Assembly (NCBI RefSeq): GCF_009914755.1
Contig: NC_060947.1
DNA: 64,000 nt
Direction: 5' to 3' (one strand)
DNA from: the human T2T-CHM13v2.0 reference genome, Homo sapiens
A program made the translations under genes and the position numbers. Shown piece after piece: positions 1-12,349 of this stretch. The notes beneath the pieces are model-generated. The model saw nothing but the letters and a program-made list of their open reading frames with translations, had not been told where the DNA came from and made no database searches. The stretch's first letter is position 1; each line of letters opens with the position of its first letter.

Positions 1-273
1 GGAAAAATATTCCATGCTCATGGATTGTAAGAATCAATATCGTGAAAATGGCCATACTGCCTAAAGCAATTTTTAGATTAAATGCTATTCCCATTAAACT
101 ACCATTGACATTCTTCACAGATTTACAAAAAATCTGTTTTCAGTTTAATATGGAACCAAAAAACAGCCCAAATAGTCAAGACAATCATAAGCAAAAAGAA
201 CACAGCTGGAGGCACCATGCTACCTCACTTCAAACTATACTACATGGCTAGAGTAACCAAAACAGCATGGTAC

Positions 274-304
<31 letters not shown>

Positions 305-586
305 CAGGTAAATAGACCAATGGAACAGAATAGGGAACTCAGAATTAAAACTGCACATCTACAACCATCTGATCTTTGACAAACCTGACAAAAACAAGCA
401 ATGGGGAAAGGAATCCATATTTAACAAATGGTGCTGGGAGAACGGGCTAGCCATATGAAGAAAATTAAAACTGGCCCCTTTCTTACACCTTATTAAAAAA
501 ATTAACTCAAGATAGATTAAAACCTGAAATGTAAAACCCAAATCTATAAAAACTCTAGAAGAAAATCTAGGCAATACCTTTCAGGA

Positions 587-721
587 CCTTCCTATAGTTC
601 ACTGGTGAATCCTTCCCTTGCCTCTTCCAGCATCTGATGGCTTCTGGCTTTCCTTGAGTTGCGGCAGCATCACTCCAATCGCTGCCTCTGTGGTCAAATT
701 GTCTTATTTTCTGTCTGCAAT
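587..721 (+). repeat. 135-bp direct copy of 5087-5221 (MLT1 LTR sequence) inserted in the L1
   Basis: Ungapped match at offset 4500 with 6 mismatches (590, 594, 663, 681, 705, 718). Confidence 0.95.
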
Positions 722-850
722 TCACAGAAGAAAGAGGTTAAATGGACTTACAGTTCAACGTGGCTGAGGAAGCTTCACAATCATGACAGAAGGAAAGGAG
801 GAGCAAGTTACATTTTATGGACAGAAGGAAAGGAGGAGCAAACATTTTAT
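720..850 (-). mobile_element. THE1-like MaLR LTR fragment plus local re-duplication
   Basis: aaagaggttaaatggacttacagttcaacgtggctgaggaagcttcacaatcatgacagaagg resembles THE1 LTR; gacagaaggaaaggaggagcaa occurs at 786-807 and again at 820-841. Confidence 0.8.
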
Positions 851-2759
851 GATGAAATCGCCAAAAGCAAATGCAACAAAAGCAAAAATTGACAAATGGG
901 ATCTAGTTAAACTAAACAACTTACTCACAGCAAAAGAAACTATCACCAGTGTGAACAGACAACCTACAGAATGAGAGAAAATCTTTGCAAACTGTCCAAC
1001 TGACAAAGGTCTAATATCCAGAATATACAAGATACTTAAGCAAATTTACAAGAAAAAGACAACCCCATTAAAAAGTGGTCAAAAGGCATGAGCAGACACT
1101 TCTCAAAAGAAGACATACATGCAGCCAATCAACATGAAAAAAAGCTCAACCTCACTGATCATTAGAGAAATACAAATTAAAACCACAATGAGATACCCTC
1201 TCACACTAGTCACAATGGCTATTATAAAAAAGTCAAGAAACAACAGATGCTGGCGAGGTTTTGGAGAAATAGAAATGGTTTTACACTGTTGGTGGGAATG
1301 TAAATTAGTTCAACCATTGTGGAAGACAGTTTGGCGATTCCTCAAAGATTTAGGACCAGAAATACCATTTGACCCAGCAATCCCAATCCTTGGTATATAC
1401 CCAAAGGAATATAAATCATTCCATTATAGAAATACTTGCACGAGTATGTTCATTGCAGCACTACTCACAATAGCAAAGACATGGAATCAATCCAAATGCC
1501 CATCAATGGTAGACTAGATAAAGTAAATGTGGTACATATACACCATGGAATACTATGCAGCCATAAAAAGGAACAAGATCGTGTTTTTTCCAGGCACATG
1601 GATGAAGCTGGAAGCCATTATCCTCAGCAAACTAATGCAGCAACAGAAAACCAAATACTGCATGTTCTCACTTATAAGTGGGAGCTGAATAATGAGAACA
1701 CATGGATACAGGGAAAAATACAACACTCACTGGGGCTTGTCCAGGGAGGGCAGAGGTGTGGGTGGAAAGCATTAGTTAAAAGAGCTAATGCACGCTGGGC
1801 TCAATACCTATGTGATGGGTTCATAGGTGCAGCAAACCACCATGGCACACGTTTACCTACGTAACAAACCTGCACATCCTGCACACATGCCCGGGAACTT
1901 AAAAAATAATAATAATAAAATAATAAAATGCACTAACAATACCTTTGACAACAAAAAAGAAAGTGCCCTTATTAAAAATCAATGTTAAAAACGTTTGCAA
2001 TTTTCAATGTAGTATTTTCCTTCAGTTTAACCATAATCAGGGATATAACTAAAAAAAAAAAATGCTTGGGAAGAGATCAGTGGTGCTCTTTTTTATTATA
2101 ACTAATCCATAAAACATGGAGAGCCACAAATGACATTCTAGTTTAAGAAGTGGTGACAATAAATATCTTTGAGTATGTGTGTGTTCTCATTACTAATATT
2201 GGCCAATGGTAAAATGGGATTTGTACTTTACCCATTAAGTTTTTGTTTGTTTGTTTGTTTGTTTTGTGGCGAGGATTATGTATTCTGCTGAGTGGCAAAA
2301 CACAGCAGATCCTTGAAAAATAATGTAGTCAAGTATATGAAATAACTACCATTGGGGAATAATCTACTTTGTCTTTCAGAATCTACTGCATAAATGAAAC
2401 TAAGGTCCTTTGCTAGCATTACTATACAAAATGCAAAATTCTGTCATTATGGACTGAGCCATAAACACGAAATCAATGCAGGGTTTAGGTAGCTTGACTG
2501 CAGCAGAAATCAGGGCATAGAAAATGGAAATGATTCTGCTTAACCATGATTAACAAACACGAATAATTATGAAAAGCATGTTGACATTTGACAGAATCTA
2601 AAGAGATTGAAGAAAAATGGTCACTTTCTCTACAATATGGAGTCAAACTTTTAACATCTCCACTCTTTACATTCTCCCTTCACAGGTACCAGGCTACACT
2701 GCCTAATAATTTTCACCAAATATTCCTGTTACCATCACCCTTCCTGAAGTCACTGTCTT

Positions 2760-3600
2760 TTAGTAAATCAATATTTATTGAGTGCTGAGAATGAACAGAT
2801 AGTTGACTATACTGCTGAATACAGGTGGTTATTTAAAAAATGAAGGATGGTGTTTTTGTCCTGATGGCTTTTATAATCAGTGAAGAAGACAAAAAAAAAT
2901 CATGCCAGAAATATATAAATGTATATATTACTTCCCAGATGGAGAAACTAGTCTGCTTCTAAACAGCATGGAGTATCTGTAAATTTCTAATCAATATCTG
3001 CTACAAGTACAAGGAAAGGTTGATTTAGAACTGAGTAGTGCAGAAAAACTGATTTTTAAGTACAGCATTTTAATTGACATCACCACTTGAATCATTGAAT
3101 AAAATACTTTTATCTGAATTTGTACAAGTCATATTTCATATCAATTTGTAAACAGACCATTAAGAATTATCATTTCCTCACCATATTATTTAAGCAACTA
3201 CTATATACCCAGCAATGAAAGATGCAAAATATTTGGATAAACTACAAGTCCTTCTAGCTCTAACAAATGAATGTCTCAGTCACTGTCCTCAAGGAGTTTA
3301 CAGAGAATTATACAAAGAACTGTAATATGAAGCCAAATATTATTAGTAGCATTGGAGAGGACTACCCAAGGTGCTACAGGGACCTTTAATAAGGATAATA
3401 AAATATATCACCTTGTGATGAGAAAGGCTTCACCAAAGAAGTAGTGTTGAAGGTAGACTTTGATAGATGGATAGGATTTCAGAACAGCATTGGTAAAGCT
3501 ATAGAGGCAGGAAAACTCAGGGTGAGTTCAGAGACTAATGATTAATTTACTCTGCTTAGAAAGGAATAGAGATGGAGTGAGTTAGTGGAGTGCATTGACA
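2760..3600 (-). mobile_element. Degraded L2 fragments
   Basis: tatttattgagtgct and tatttaagcaactactatatacccagca motifs typical of antisense L2 3' ends; boundaries approximate. Confidence 0.5.
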
Positions 3601-4119
3601 AACTGACAAAATCAGGACAAATGTTATGCTGCTTCACTTTTGTTTCCCTAGCTAAAATGTTCCCCTTTCTTCTAAACTCCCCACACCACTCAATCCCTTT
3701 CCTTTCCTTCAAGAACCAGCTTAATCTTCCTTGATCAATCTTAGCACTTCTTAATATGTATTATACAATTTAAAACTTAATAAACCACTGTCTTGACTTG
3801 TTCATAGTCATACCTGTTACAATGGCCATGAACATACCAAAGTTCTTCCTGGCTAGCTTTTGCCACCTTCAGAACAATCAGCTTAATCATAAAATGTCAA
3901 GCCTATTTCTTCTGCTTACTCTTATCTAAGGCAGGGTGTTCTTATTGATTGCTCCATATCCCCCTGGAACCAAAACAGAAGTACAGCCAAGGGCTCAGAC
4001 ACCACCCTGAAAAGTGAGTTAATAACATAATATCTGTTCTTTTCCATAATTTTCTACAAGATGATGTTCTTATGAGCCTGTCATTATATAGCAGTACCAG
4101 ATAACAAAAAATAATCATA

Positions 4120-4362
4120 ATCATTATTACTCTAATTTTAATAACAACCCCAAATATTTATTGAACGTTTTGTGTGCATCAAAAATTATGCCAAAACATT
4201 TGTTTTATTTAATTTAATCAACATAACAAACTGATGAAGCATATACTGCTATTAACCCTATTTTATATATGAAGAAATCATGATTCTCAATTTGTATATA
4301 ATAGCTCTGAGATTTGAAAAACTTCTGTTTGACTTGAGAGCCATTATATTCGACTCCACTGC
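4120..4362 (-). mobile_element. MIR SINE
   Basis: Core-like ctattaaccctattttatatatgaagaaatc...gagatttgaa...ctgtttgact. Confidence 0.6.
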
Positions 4363-4940
4363 CTTTCATTCACAGGCTAACTCCATTCAGTGCTTCTTTA
4401 ATATGGATAAAATATTACTACTCATTAAATAAAATATGACAGAAATCTGATTTAAGTACATGGAAACTGTACACACACATAAAAAATTCTCTTCTGAATG
4501 ACACTATAGCTACCAGTGTGGGAAAGGCAACTTCTTCAAAGTATCACAGGAGCTAAAAATATTTTTCAAATATTCTGTTAATAAAGTAGTAGTTCAGAAT
4601 GGGCTATCCTTCAGGGAAACTTGCTGTTTCATCATTTCCAGCTAATACTTCTGTTTGTTTGTTGCTGTATACATCATCTAAACATTCTAAAATAAAACAT
4701 TGAAAACACATTTAAATAGAGCATAACAATATTAGTATTAAGAGCTATGAAATGGCTTCCAAATATGTGCAAAATAGAAACATATACCACCCATTAACCT
4801 CTTAGCTATGAAGACTAAAATAGTAGCTGTTTGGGAGAGGTATGTCATATAAACTGAAGTTGGGCTAAAACTGTGAGAATAATGGAATAATATGAGTGTA
4901 TCTAGGGAGCCATGGGACCTGTGCATTCACAGTAAGATAG

Positions 4941-5414
4941 TGTATTAATTTATTTGGCGGCTGTAACAAATTATCACAACTATGGTGGCTTAAAAATATA
5001 TAGAAATGTATTCTCTCACAGTTCTGGAGACCAGAAGTTCAAAATAATTTCACTGAGCCATAGTCAAGGTAAGGCAGGGCTGCTCTCCTCCCTGTAGTTC
5101 ACTGGTGAATCCTTCCCTTGCCTCTTCCAGCATCTGATGGCTTCTGGCTTTCCTTGAGTTGCAGCAGCATCACTCCAATCTCTGCCTCTGTGGTCAAATT
5201 GTCTAATTTTCTGTCTGTAATATCCCTCTGCTTTCTTCCCATAAGGATATATGTGTTTATTTAGGACCTACCCAGAAAATCCAAGATAATCTTCCCATCT
5301 CAAGATCTGTAACTTAATCACATTTGCAATAACCCATTTTCCAAATCAAGAAACACTATAGGTTCCAGATATTTAGGCTCTAAATCTTTAGGGGTCTTTA
5401 TTCAACCTATCACA
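4941..5414 (-). mobile_element. MLT1 (MLT1C-like) MaLR solo LTR
   Basis: tgtatt...ctgtaacaaattatcac...ttctctcacagttctggagaccagaag...caca; perfect 5-bp TSD GATAG (4936-4940 and 5415-5419). Confidence 0.9.
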
Positions 5415-5499
5415 GATAGAAAAATAGTAAAATAAAGCAGCTTGTAGATTTAACGTTATTTATACTGATTATTTGCCCTATTTGTCCACAGACATCTTA

Positions 5500-6600
5500 C
5501 TACAACAACAGTGACCTCTCTGCCTTCAGTTAGCCCTCCCCTCTTCTAGCCAAGCACTCTACACACTGCATCTAATATGATCTTTCTAAAATACTTATTA
5601 TATCTATGGTTCTTCACTGTCTAAATGAAAATAACACAAGTCTATTGTGGCATATGGGTATCAACTCTCTGTTTATCTAGCCCAAACTCTTTTCTTTCTG
5701 ACGTCATCCTCTGTCTCACTGACATGGTCTTTGCTGCCTGAGAAGGTCATGCTCTTTCAAGCCTGGTTCTCCCTCTGCCTGTCATGCCCTTTTCCTTCTT
5801 CACTTACTGAACTCCTCATCTTTTAACACTCAATATAAGCATCACCTCCTGTGTAAAGCACTTCCTCAGGAAAAAGTATTATATCCTCTCCTCTGCGCTC
5901 CCACAGTAACTTGTGAAGATTTTATCTTATAATTTATCACATTTAATTATTAAAATCTGTTTAATATCAATTATCCAATGCTAGTATATGAGCGACTTCT
6001 CAAGGGCAAGGGGTACTGGGGTAGGCTGAATAATGCCCCTCTAAAAGATGACCATGTCCTAATCCCCAGAACCTTTGAATACGTTACTTTACCTGACAAA
6101 AGGGATTTTGTACATGTGATTAAGGTTGTAGGCATTGAGATAGGGAGATTATTCTGGATTATCCATCTGGGACCAATCTAATCAGAAGTGTTTTTATAAG
6201 AGGGGGAGACATGACAGCAAGATAATATAGAAAGAGAAGACATAAAGACAGAAGAATAAGTCAGAAAGAAGAGAAGATGTTAGCTGCTGGCTTTGAAGAT
6301 GGAAGATGGGGCCACAAACCAAGGAATGTACATGTCCTCTAGAAGCTAGCAAAGGAAAGAAAACAGATTATTCCCTAGAGCCTTTAGAAAGATGACAGCC
6401 CTTACAATACCTTGAATTTTAGGACCTCTGACACCTTAAACTGTAAGATAATAAGTTAATGTTGTTTGAAGTCTCTAAATTTGTAGTAAGTTGTTATAAG
6501 CAACAACAGAAAATGAGCATAGGCATCAACCCACTCTCACTTTGAGTCCCATGCAGTTTCTGGCAGATAGTTGGTGGTCAGTTTATCAAATGAATGCACA
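5500..6600 (+). mobile_element. L2 3' region interrupted by MLT1D
   Basis: Pyrimidine-rich L2 3' sequence (actcctcatc...atcacctcct) that resumes after 6521 and ends near aaatgaatg. Confidence 0.6.
6017..6521 (+). mobile_element. MLT1D-like MaLR solo LTR
   Basis: ggtaggctgaataatgcccc...gtcctaatccccagaacc...ttgttataagcaacaacagaaaa; degenerate TSD ggtac/ggcat. Confidence 0.88.
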
Positions 6601-6733
6601 AAGATAGTAACTGTTGATTAGTGAGGAATTCCACTGAGATATTTGGTTAACACTGAATCCTAATGCCATTGTAGTGAGGAGTATAATTTTACCCCTAGTA
6701 TGCTCTCTATTAACTTATTTTTCTTGTTAGAAT

Positions 6734-7700
6734 ATTTTTATTAATATATGATAGTTATACATATTTATAGGGTACATGTAATATTTTGATACATGTATAT
6801 AATGTGTAATGATAAAATCAGGATAAGCAAGATATCAATCACCTCAAACATTTGTTATTTATTTGTGTCAGGAACATTCCAAATCTTCCCTTCTACCTAT
6901 TTTGAAACATACTATAAATTATTATTAATGATAGTTGTTCTATTGTGTTATCAAACAGTAGTACATATTCCTTCTATCTAACTGTATTTTGTACCCACTA
7001 ACCAACCTCTCTTCATCTCCTCTCTCCCTTACCCTCCCCAGCCTCTGCTAACCACCATTCTACTTACTACTTCCATAAAATCATTTTTTTTAGCTCCCAC
7101 ATATGAGTAAGAATATGTGGTGCTTGTCTTTCTGAACCTGATTTATTTTACTTAACATAATGTCTTCCAAACTCATCCATGTTGCTGCAAATGACAGGAT
7201 TTTATTCTTTTTCATGACTGAATACTATTACATTGTATATATATATACAACTTTTCCTTTATCCACTCATCTGTTGATGGACACCTAGGTTGGTCTCATA
7301 TCTTGGCCATTGCAAATAGAGCTGCAATAAATATGGACATGCAGATATCTCTTCAATATACTGATTTCCATTCTTTTGGATAAATGTCCAGCAGTCAAAT
7401 TATTTGTTAGATCATATGGTATTTCTACTTTTAGTATTTTTAAGGAACCATCATAATGTTTTCCACAGTTGCTGTACTAATCTACATTCCCACTATCAGT
7501 GTATAAGCATTTTCTTTTCTTCATATCCTTGCCAGCATCTATTTTCTGTCTCTTTTTTAACGTAACCATCCAAACAGGTATGAGGAGATATCTCGTTGTG
7601 GTTTTGATTTGAATTTTCCTAATGATTAGTAAATAGACAATTCTCATAAGAAGACATATAAATACCCAACAGATATATGAAAAAATGCTCAACATCACTA
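6734..7700 (-). mobile_element. L1MA-type 3' end with short 5' inversion (twin priming)
   Basis: Antisense L1 3' end at 6734-7630 followed by a sense fragment at 7631-7700; GTTAGAAT flanks both ends (6726-6733, 7701-7708). Confidence 0.85.
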
Positions 7701-8839
7701 GTTAGAATTTTATAGGGCATTAATAGCCATTGATGAGAAACAGACATGGTCGCATCTCTTCACCTGTTTGATGAAGCCTGAAATTCCTTTAACATGGAAA
7801 ACCTTTGCAGGCCACAGTGGAGTTTAATGAAATTCAATTTGAATGCCTGATTGAGGCAGCCAAAGAACTAGAACGTGTAATCAGCTGCTAAATCATCAAG
7901 GGTCAATGCTGTCATTGAGACCTCTGTTTTTCTAATAAGGCTGGGGAGAAAACAACAGGAAGACATTGGGTGGAGAAAAGGATGCAGGAAGAGGCTACAG
8001 ATGCTCAAGACTTATAATTATTCCTATTTACCCCTTCTGGGTGAGACGATCTGAAATTGAAGATGATTTTTGTCATGGCTGACTGCAAAGATAAATGTAC
8101 ATTGCTCTACTTTGCTTGTTTTATAAAGTGCTGGGTGCTTTTTAGTGTAGATGGAAGGAAAATAAAATAATATCTCTAAGGTTTACTCTGGCCTTAGAGT
8201 AGAAAGTCGTGACATAAAAGTTTATTTAGCTCTGGTTAAAAGAGAACCATCTTTCAATCATCCATTTGTTCTTTGAGTTGCTAGTGATATAGACCTTATA
8301 TAAATGATTCCTGCTTCAGTCTTTTTGTTTATCCAAAAGTAGGTCAAGTTGGGAGAAAAACTTGAGAGTTTTATGGTTTCACTTAAAATGGAAGCAGAAT
8401 TTGGAATGTATGGGTGGTATCTAGGAGAAAGAATAAGAGTAGTGTAGGAAGAAATCAGACCCAGAGAAATATTTTTTTTTGTTTCTCTGTTTCCATCTCC
8501 TCCAGCAAGATAATCTATTAAATGAAGCATTCCTATTATTTCATATATTGGTAGGTTAAAAAAGCCACATAGAGTTAATTCATTGGGCCAATATTTAGGA
8601 TAGCTGCAAAGTTCAATTTGATTTCGATGAATAGGCAAGCTTGTCTTTCCCCTCACATTAACCAGACATGCATTCTTTCCTTTCTCTTCTTCTCAACTTT
8701 ATTTCCTTTCCTAATTTATGTATCCATGTGATCATTCAACAAATACATGTTAAGCACCTATTGTGTAACAGGTACTACGCTATGTACTGAGTCTACATAT
8801 TTGAAGTTCAAAGTCTAATGGACTTTGTGCTCCAGAGTA

Positions 8840-10020
8840 TGTGAGCATACTTTCTGGAGGCATTTGGAAAATTTGTGTCACTTAACCTTAAGTGTGAATA
8901 ATCTTTGATCCAGAAACTGCACTTAATAAAATAATAAGACAAAGCTATTTAGTAAAACATTTTAAAGTGGTTTAAAAATAGAAAAAAAAAAAACCTTAAA
9001 TGTTGACAAGTAGGGCGTTGGTTATATTATGCAGCTATTAAATCATATAAATTAGTAAAATTTAACTACATGGAGATATTCATATATTAAGTGGAAAAAA
9101 CAAGATGCAGTACAATATATATGGTATGATCTGAAAATGCGTATGTAATATAAAAAGAGAAACTAGCAAAAAATGGAAAGACTACATACAAAAATGCTAT
9201 CAGATTTGAGTGGAGAGATTATAGGAAAATATTTTTAAATTTTCCACTACCTTTATTTTTATATTCCCTAAATTTTATTTAAAAATATGAACTATTCTTA
9301 AAAGCAATTTTAAAAATAATTATATGCCAAATGATTTTATTCTTTGGTGTTTTTTTAAGCTGAGTCTTTCTACTCATTTTTTTTTTTTCATTAGTGGCAT
9401 ATTCAACAGGTACTAACAGGACTTTTACGTGACCTGAGGTCTCTACAGTGGCCTCAAATCAATAAAAGTAGTATGAATGCAGGGAAATAATAAAAGATAC
9501 AAAATTCAGGTTATTGCTGGGCTCCACTGCCTAAAATGATTGTTCTTCTAAGGAATGGGTTATAGGAAAATAAAGGTGCCCACATAGCAGAACTCTTGAG
9601 AAGATTTATTTTGACAATTACATAAAATATATATGAAAATGCAAAATATCACAATGATATTATCAATATTGCTTAGCCAAAATAAAGCCAAATAAATAAA
9701 ATTAGACAATAAAAAAGAATGACTGATAATCATCTGATCTCAAGATTGGAAAGGCCTATCTAGGCATTATGCAAAATCAGAAATTTATTATTAAAAATAT
9801 TTGCAGCAGATATTATAGAAAAATGATTATTTAATATAAAAATGAAAAATCAATAAAATGTGAACACTTTAGTAGAGAAATGGCAGTTTTGTTATTCCCA
9901 TACAGCTACAATTCATAAAAGAATGCATAAAAATGGCAATGACAAACAAGAAATTATTTCAAAATCACTAGTAATATTTGACTACTATATTGTTAATTTT
10001 TAAAATGATAACACTCAGTG
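8840..10020 (+). mobile_element. Very old L1M(E) remnants
   Basis: A-rich degraded L1 3' motifs (atctttgatccag, tatgcagctattaaa, aagatgcagtacaatatatatggtatgat); patchy. Confidence 0.4.
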
Positions 10021-10036
10021 TTAATAAGAATTTGTG

Positions 10037-10275
10037 GGCTGGGTGTGGTCCCAGAACTTTGGGAGGCCAAGGTGGGTGGATCATTTGAGGTCAGGGGTTC
10101 AAGACCAACTTGAACAACATGGTGAAACCTCCATCTCTACTAATAATACAAAAATTAGCTGGGTGTGGTGGCACACACTTCTAATCCCAGCTACTTGGTA
10201 GGCTGAAGCAGGATAATCACTTTAACCCAGGGGGTGGAGGTTGCAGTGAGCCGAGAGTGTGCCACTGTACTCCAG
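10037..10275 (+). mobile_element. Alu (S/J) lacking its 3' end and poly(A)
   Basis: Alu dimer sequence stops at ...actgtactccag; about 16 bp deleted near the 5' end. Confidence 0.92.
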
Positions 10276-10313
10276 AATTTGAGAAAAATTGGATTCTTAA
10301 AAATAGCTATTAT

Positions 10314-10622
<309 letters not shown>

Positions 10623-11909
10623 TTACTTTTAGTTTTCAGGATTTACATAAAAAGAATTTATTATTTTTGTAATCAGAAAATATCAATATTTTCCTTAAAA
10701 AACACATCAATTTACAATTTAAATATAATGCTGTTATGCACATTTTATGTAAAAAAATCCTGACAATTTGTGTATATAATACATTTTTCATATAGTCACT
10801 AATACTAAAAATGAACTGGAAAATACTCTTTAAGAAATCTATGGAAAATTAATATGTAAAATAAAATATATTTTTAAAAAGCAAATAATAATAATTATCA
10901 CTTCATCAATCTTTTCACAATAAACATTATATAATATATACTTGTGTTCTTAGTAGTACAAATATATATCTTGTATGATTACATTTTCACATATTAACTT
11001 TCCCAAGAGTAAAGTTCATTTGTGTTTAGAGTTATTCACCTAGCTTCCCTTTGCTGTTACAGATCCCTGTCCAAGCCATTAAAATATAAATCAGTCTTTC
11101 AAGGTGTTGATTTGGAATTCATTCAGCCATGTGCACTGCAAAATATTGCTTTCTATTTGAAATTATTTGAAAAATATTATCCTAAGAATTATTGATCACA
11201 CCACTAGATATTTTCTGATTACCTATTACCTAGCCATTGCACTTTAGTCTTTAAATACATTGAACTATTTCACAAGGTAAAGTCCGTTATAGGAAAAGTT
11301 TGCTTTTTAAAAATTTCTTTCACATTTAAAGATATGGAAAACCTACATATCCTAAACAGCATTCTTAAAAGCCCTCTTAGGAGAAACTGTCTCGAGAAAG
11401 AACTGGTACCCAGGTTGGTTTCCTAATTTCTTTACCATAGTGAGAGTTATGATTTCTAAAGCTGTCAAGCTGGCATCTACAGTGGCTATCTTGTTTCTCC
11501 AAACAGCCTACCAAGGAGTAGCAGGTGAGTTCTCCACTCTGCTCCCTGTCAACATGACTCTGCCCTCACCAAAGGCACAGCACTCTGCCTGTCAGTCCTT
11601 GATCTCATGGGCGAAATTGCCTACTAGGATGCAAATTAGTGCCCATATTGCTGTGGATGAACGTACATACAGAGACTTACAGTGAAGAACAAGCAGAAAA
11701 AGACAATGATTTGTTTTTAGGGGTACAGTTTAAAAGTATAACACTGAAGAAGCTTTTCTATTTAAAATCAGATTTTTAGTCAGGTTAAAACACTTCTTTC
11801 TACATTAAAATGATTTCTCATCACAATAATGTGGAACAATATACCCAAGAACACATTAATTGATTGTACTGTTAACATTTGACTTCATTGCTAACGTCCT
11901 CATCACCAG

Positions 11910-12190
11910 CGTTGCTAGTATCAATGAACGGTGCCAGGCTTTGGGTTAGGCATTCACATATACCTCGTTTATCACATATGTATACACATATAGAGTACAA
12001 GGGCACAAAGAAGGCACAGGAAAAATGTTTCACTGAATTACCTCATTTAATCCTTACAAATTCTCTGTGATGCATGTATTAATAAACTAAATTTACAATG
12101 GAGGAATATGAGTCACAGTGAGATTAAGTAATCAAGATCACAAATTTGTATATGGATGAATTCAGAATTAAAATCAGGGCTAATTTTAAA
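11910..12190 (-). mobile_element. MIR fragments
   Basis: gtgccaggc...; cctcatttaatccttacaaa...tttacaatggaggaatatgagtcacagtgagattaagtaa. Confidence 0.6.
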
Positions 12191-12349
12191 CTTTTTCTAG
12201 ACTTTAATTTTCAGTGGTCTATCAGTGTGCCTATTCCATCTATGTCCTCCACAGTGCCATTACACTTTATATATAGCAGGTGCTCAATAAAAGTTAAATG
12301 TCATCAAATTTGTATGCACAAATGACGATAAATATTATTAGTCCTCAGG

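Larger units (their letters stand above)
1..1927 (+). mobile_element. LINE-1 3' portion (ORF2 C-terminus, 3'UTR, A-rich tail), older L1PA (about PA10-13), interrupted at 587-850
   Basis: ORF2 peptides [19 protein letters not shown] and [20 protein letters not shown]; typical L1PA 3'UTR ending in (aat)n/A tail at 1901-1927; frameshifted; continues off the left edge. Confidence 0.95.

Noticed and set aside
8258-8656. 132-aa ORF in non-repeat DNA
   Set aside because: Non-ATG start, no recognisable domain and no convincing exon boundaries
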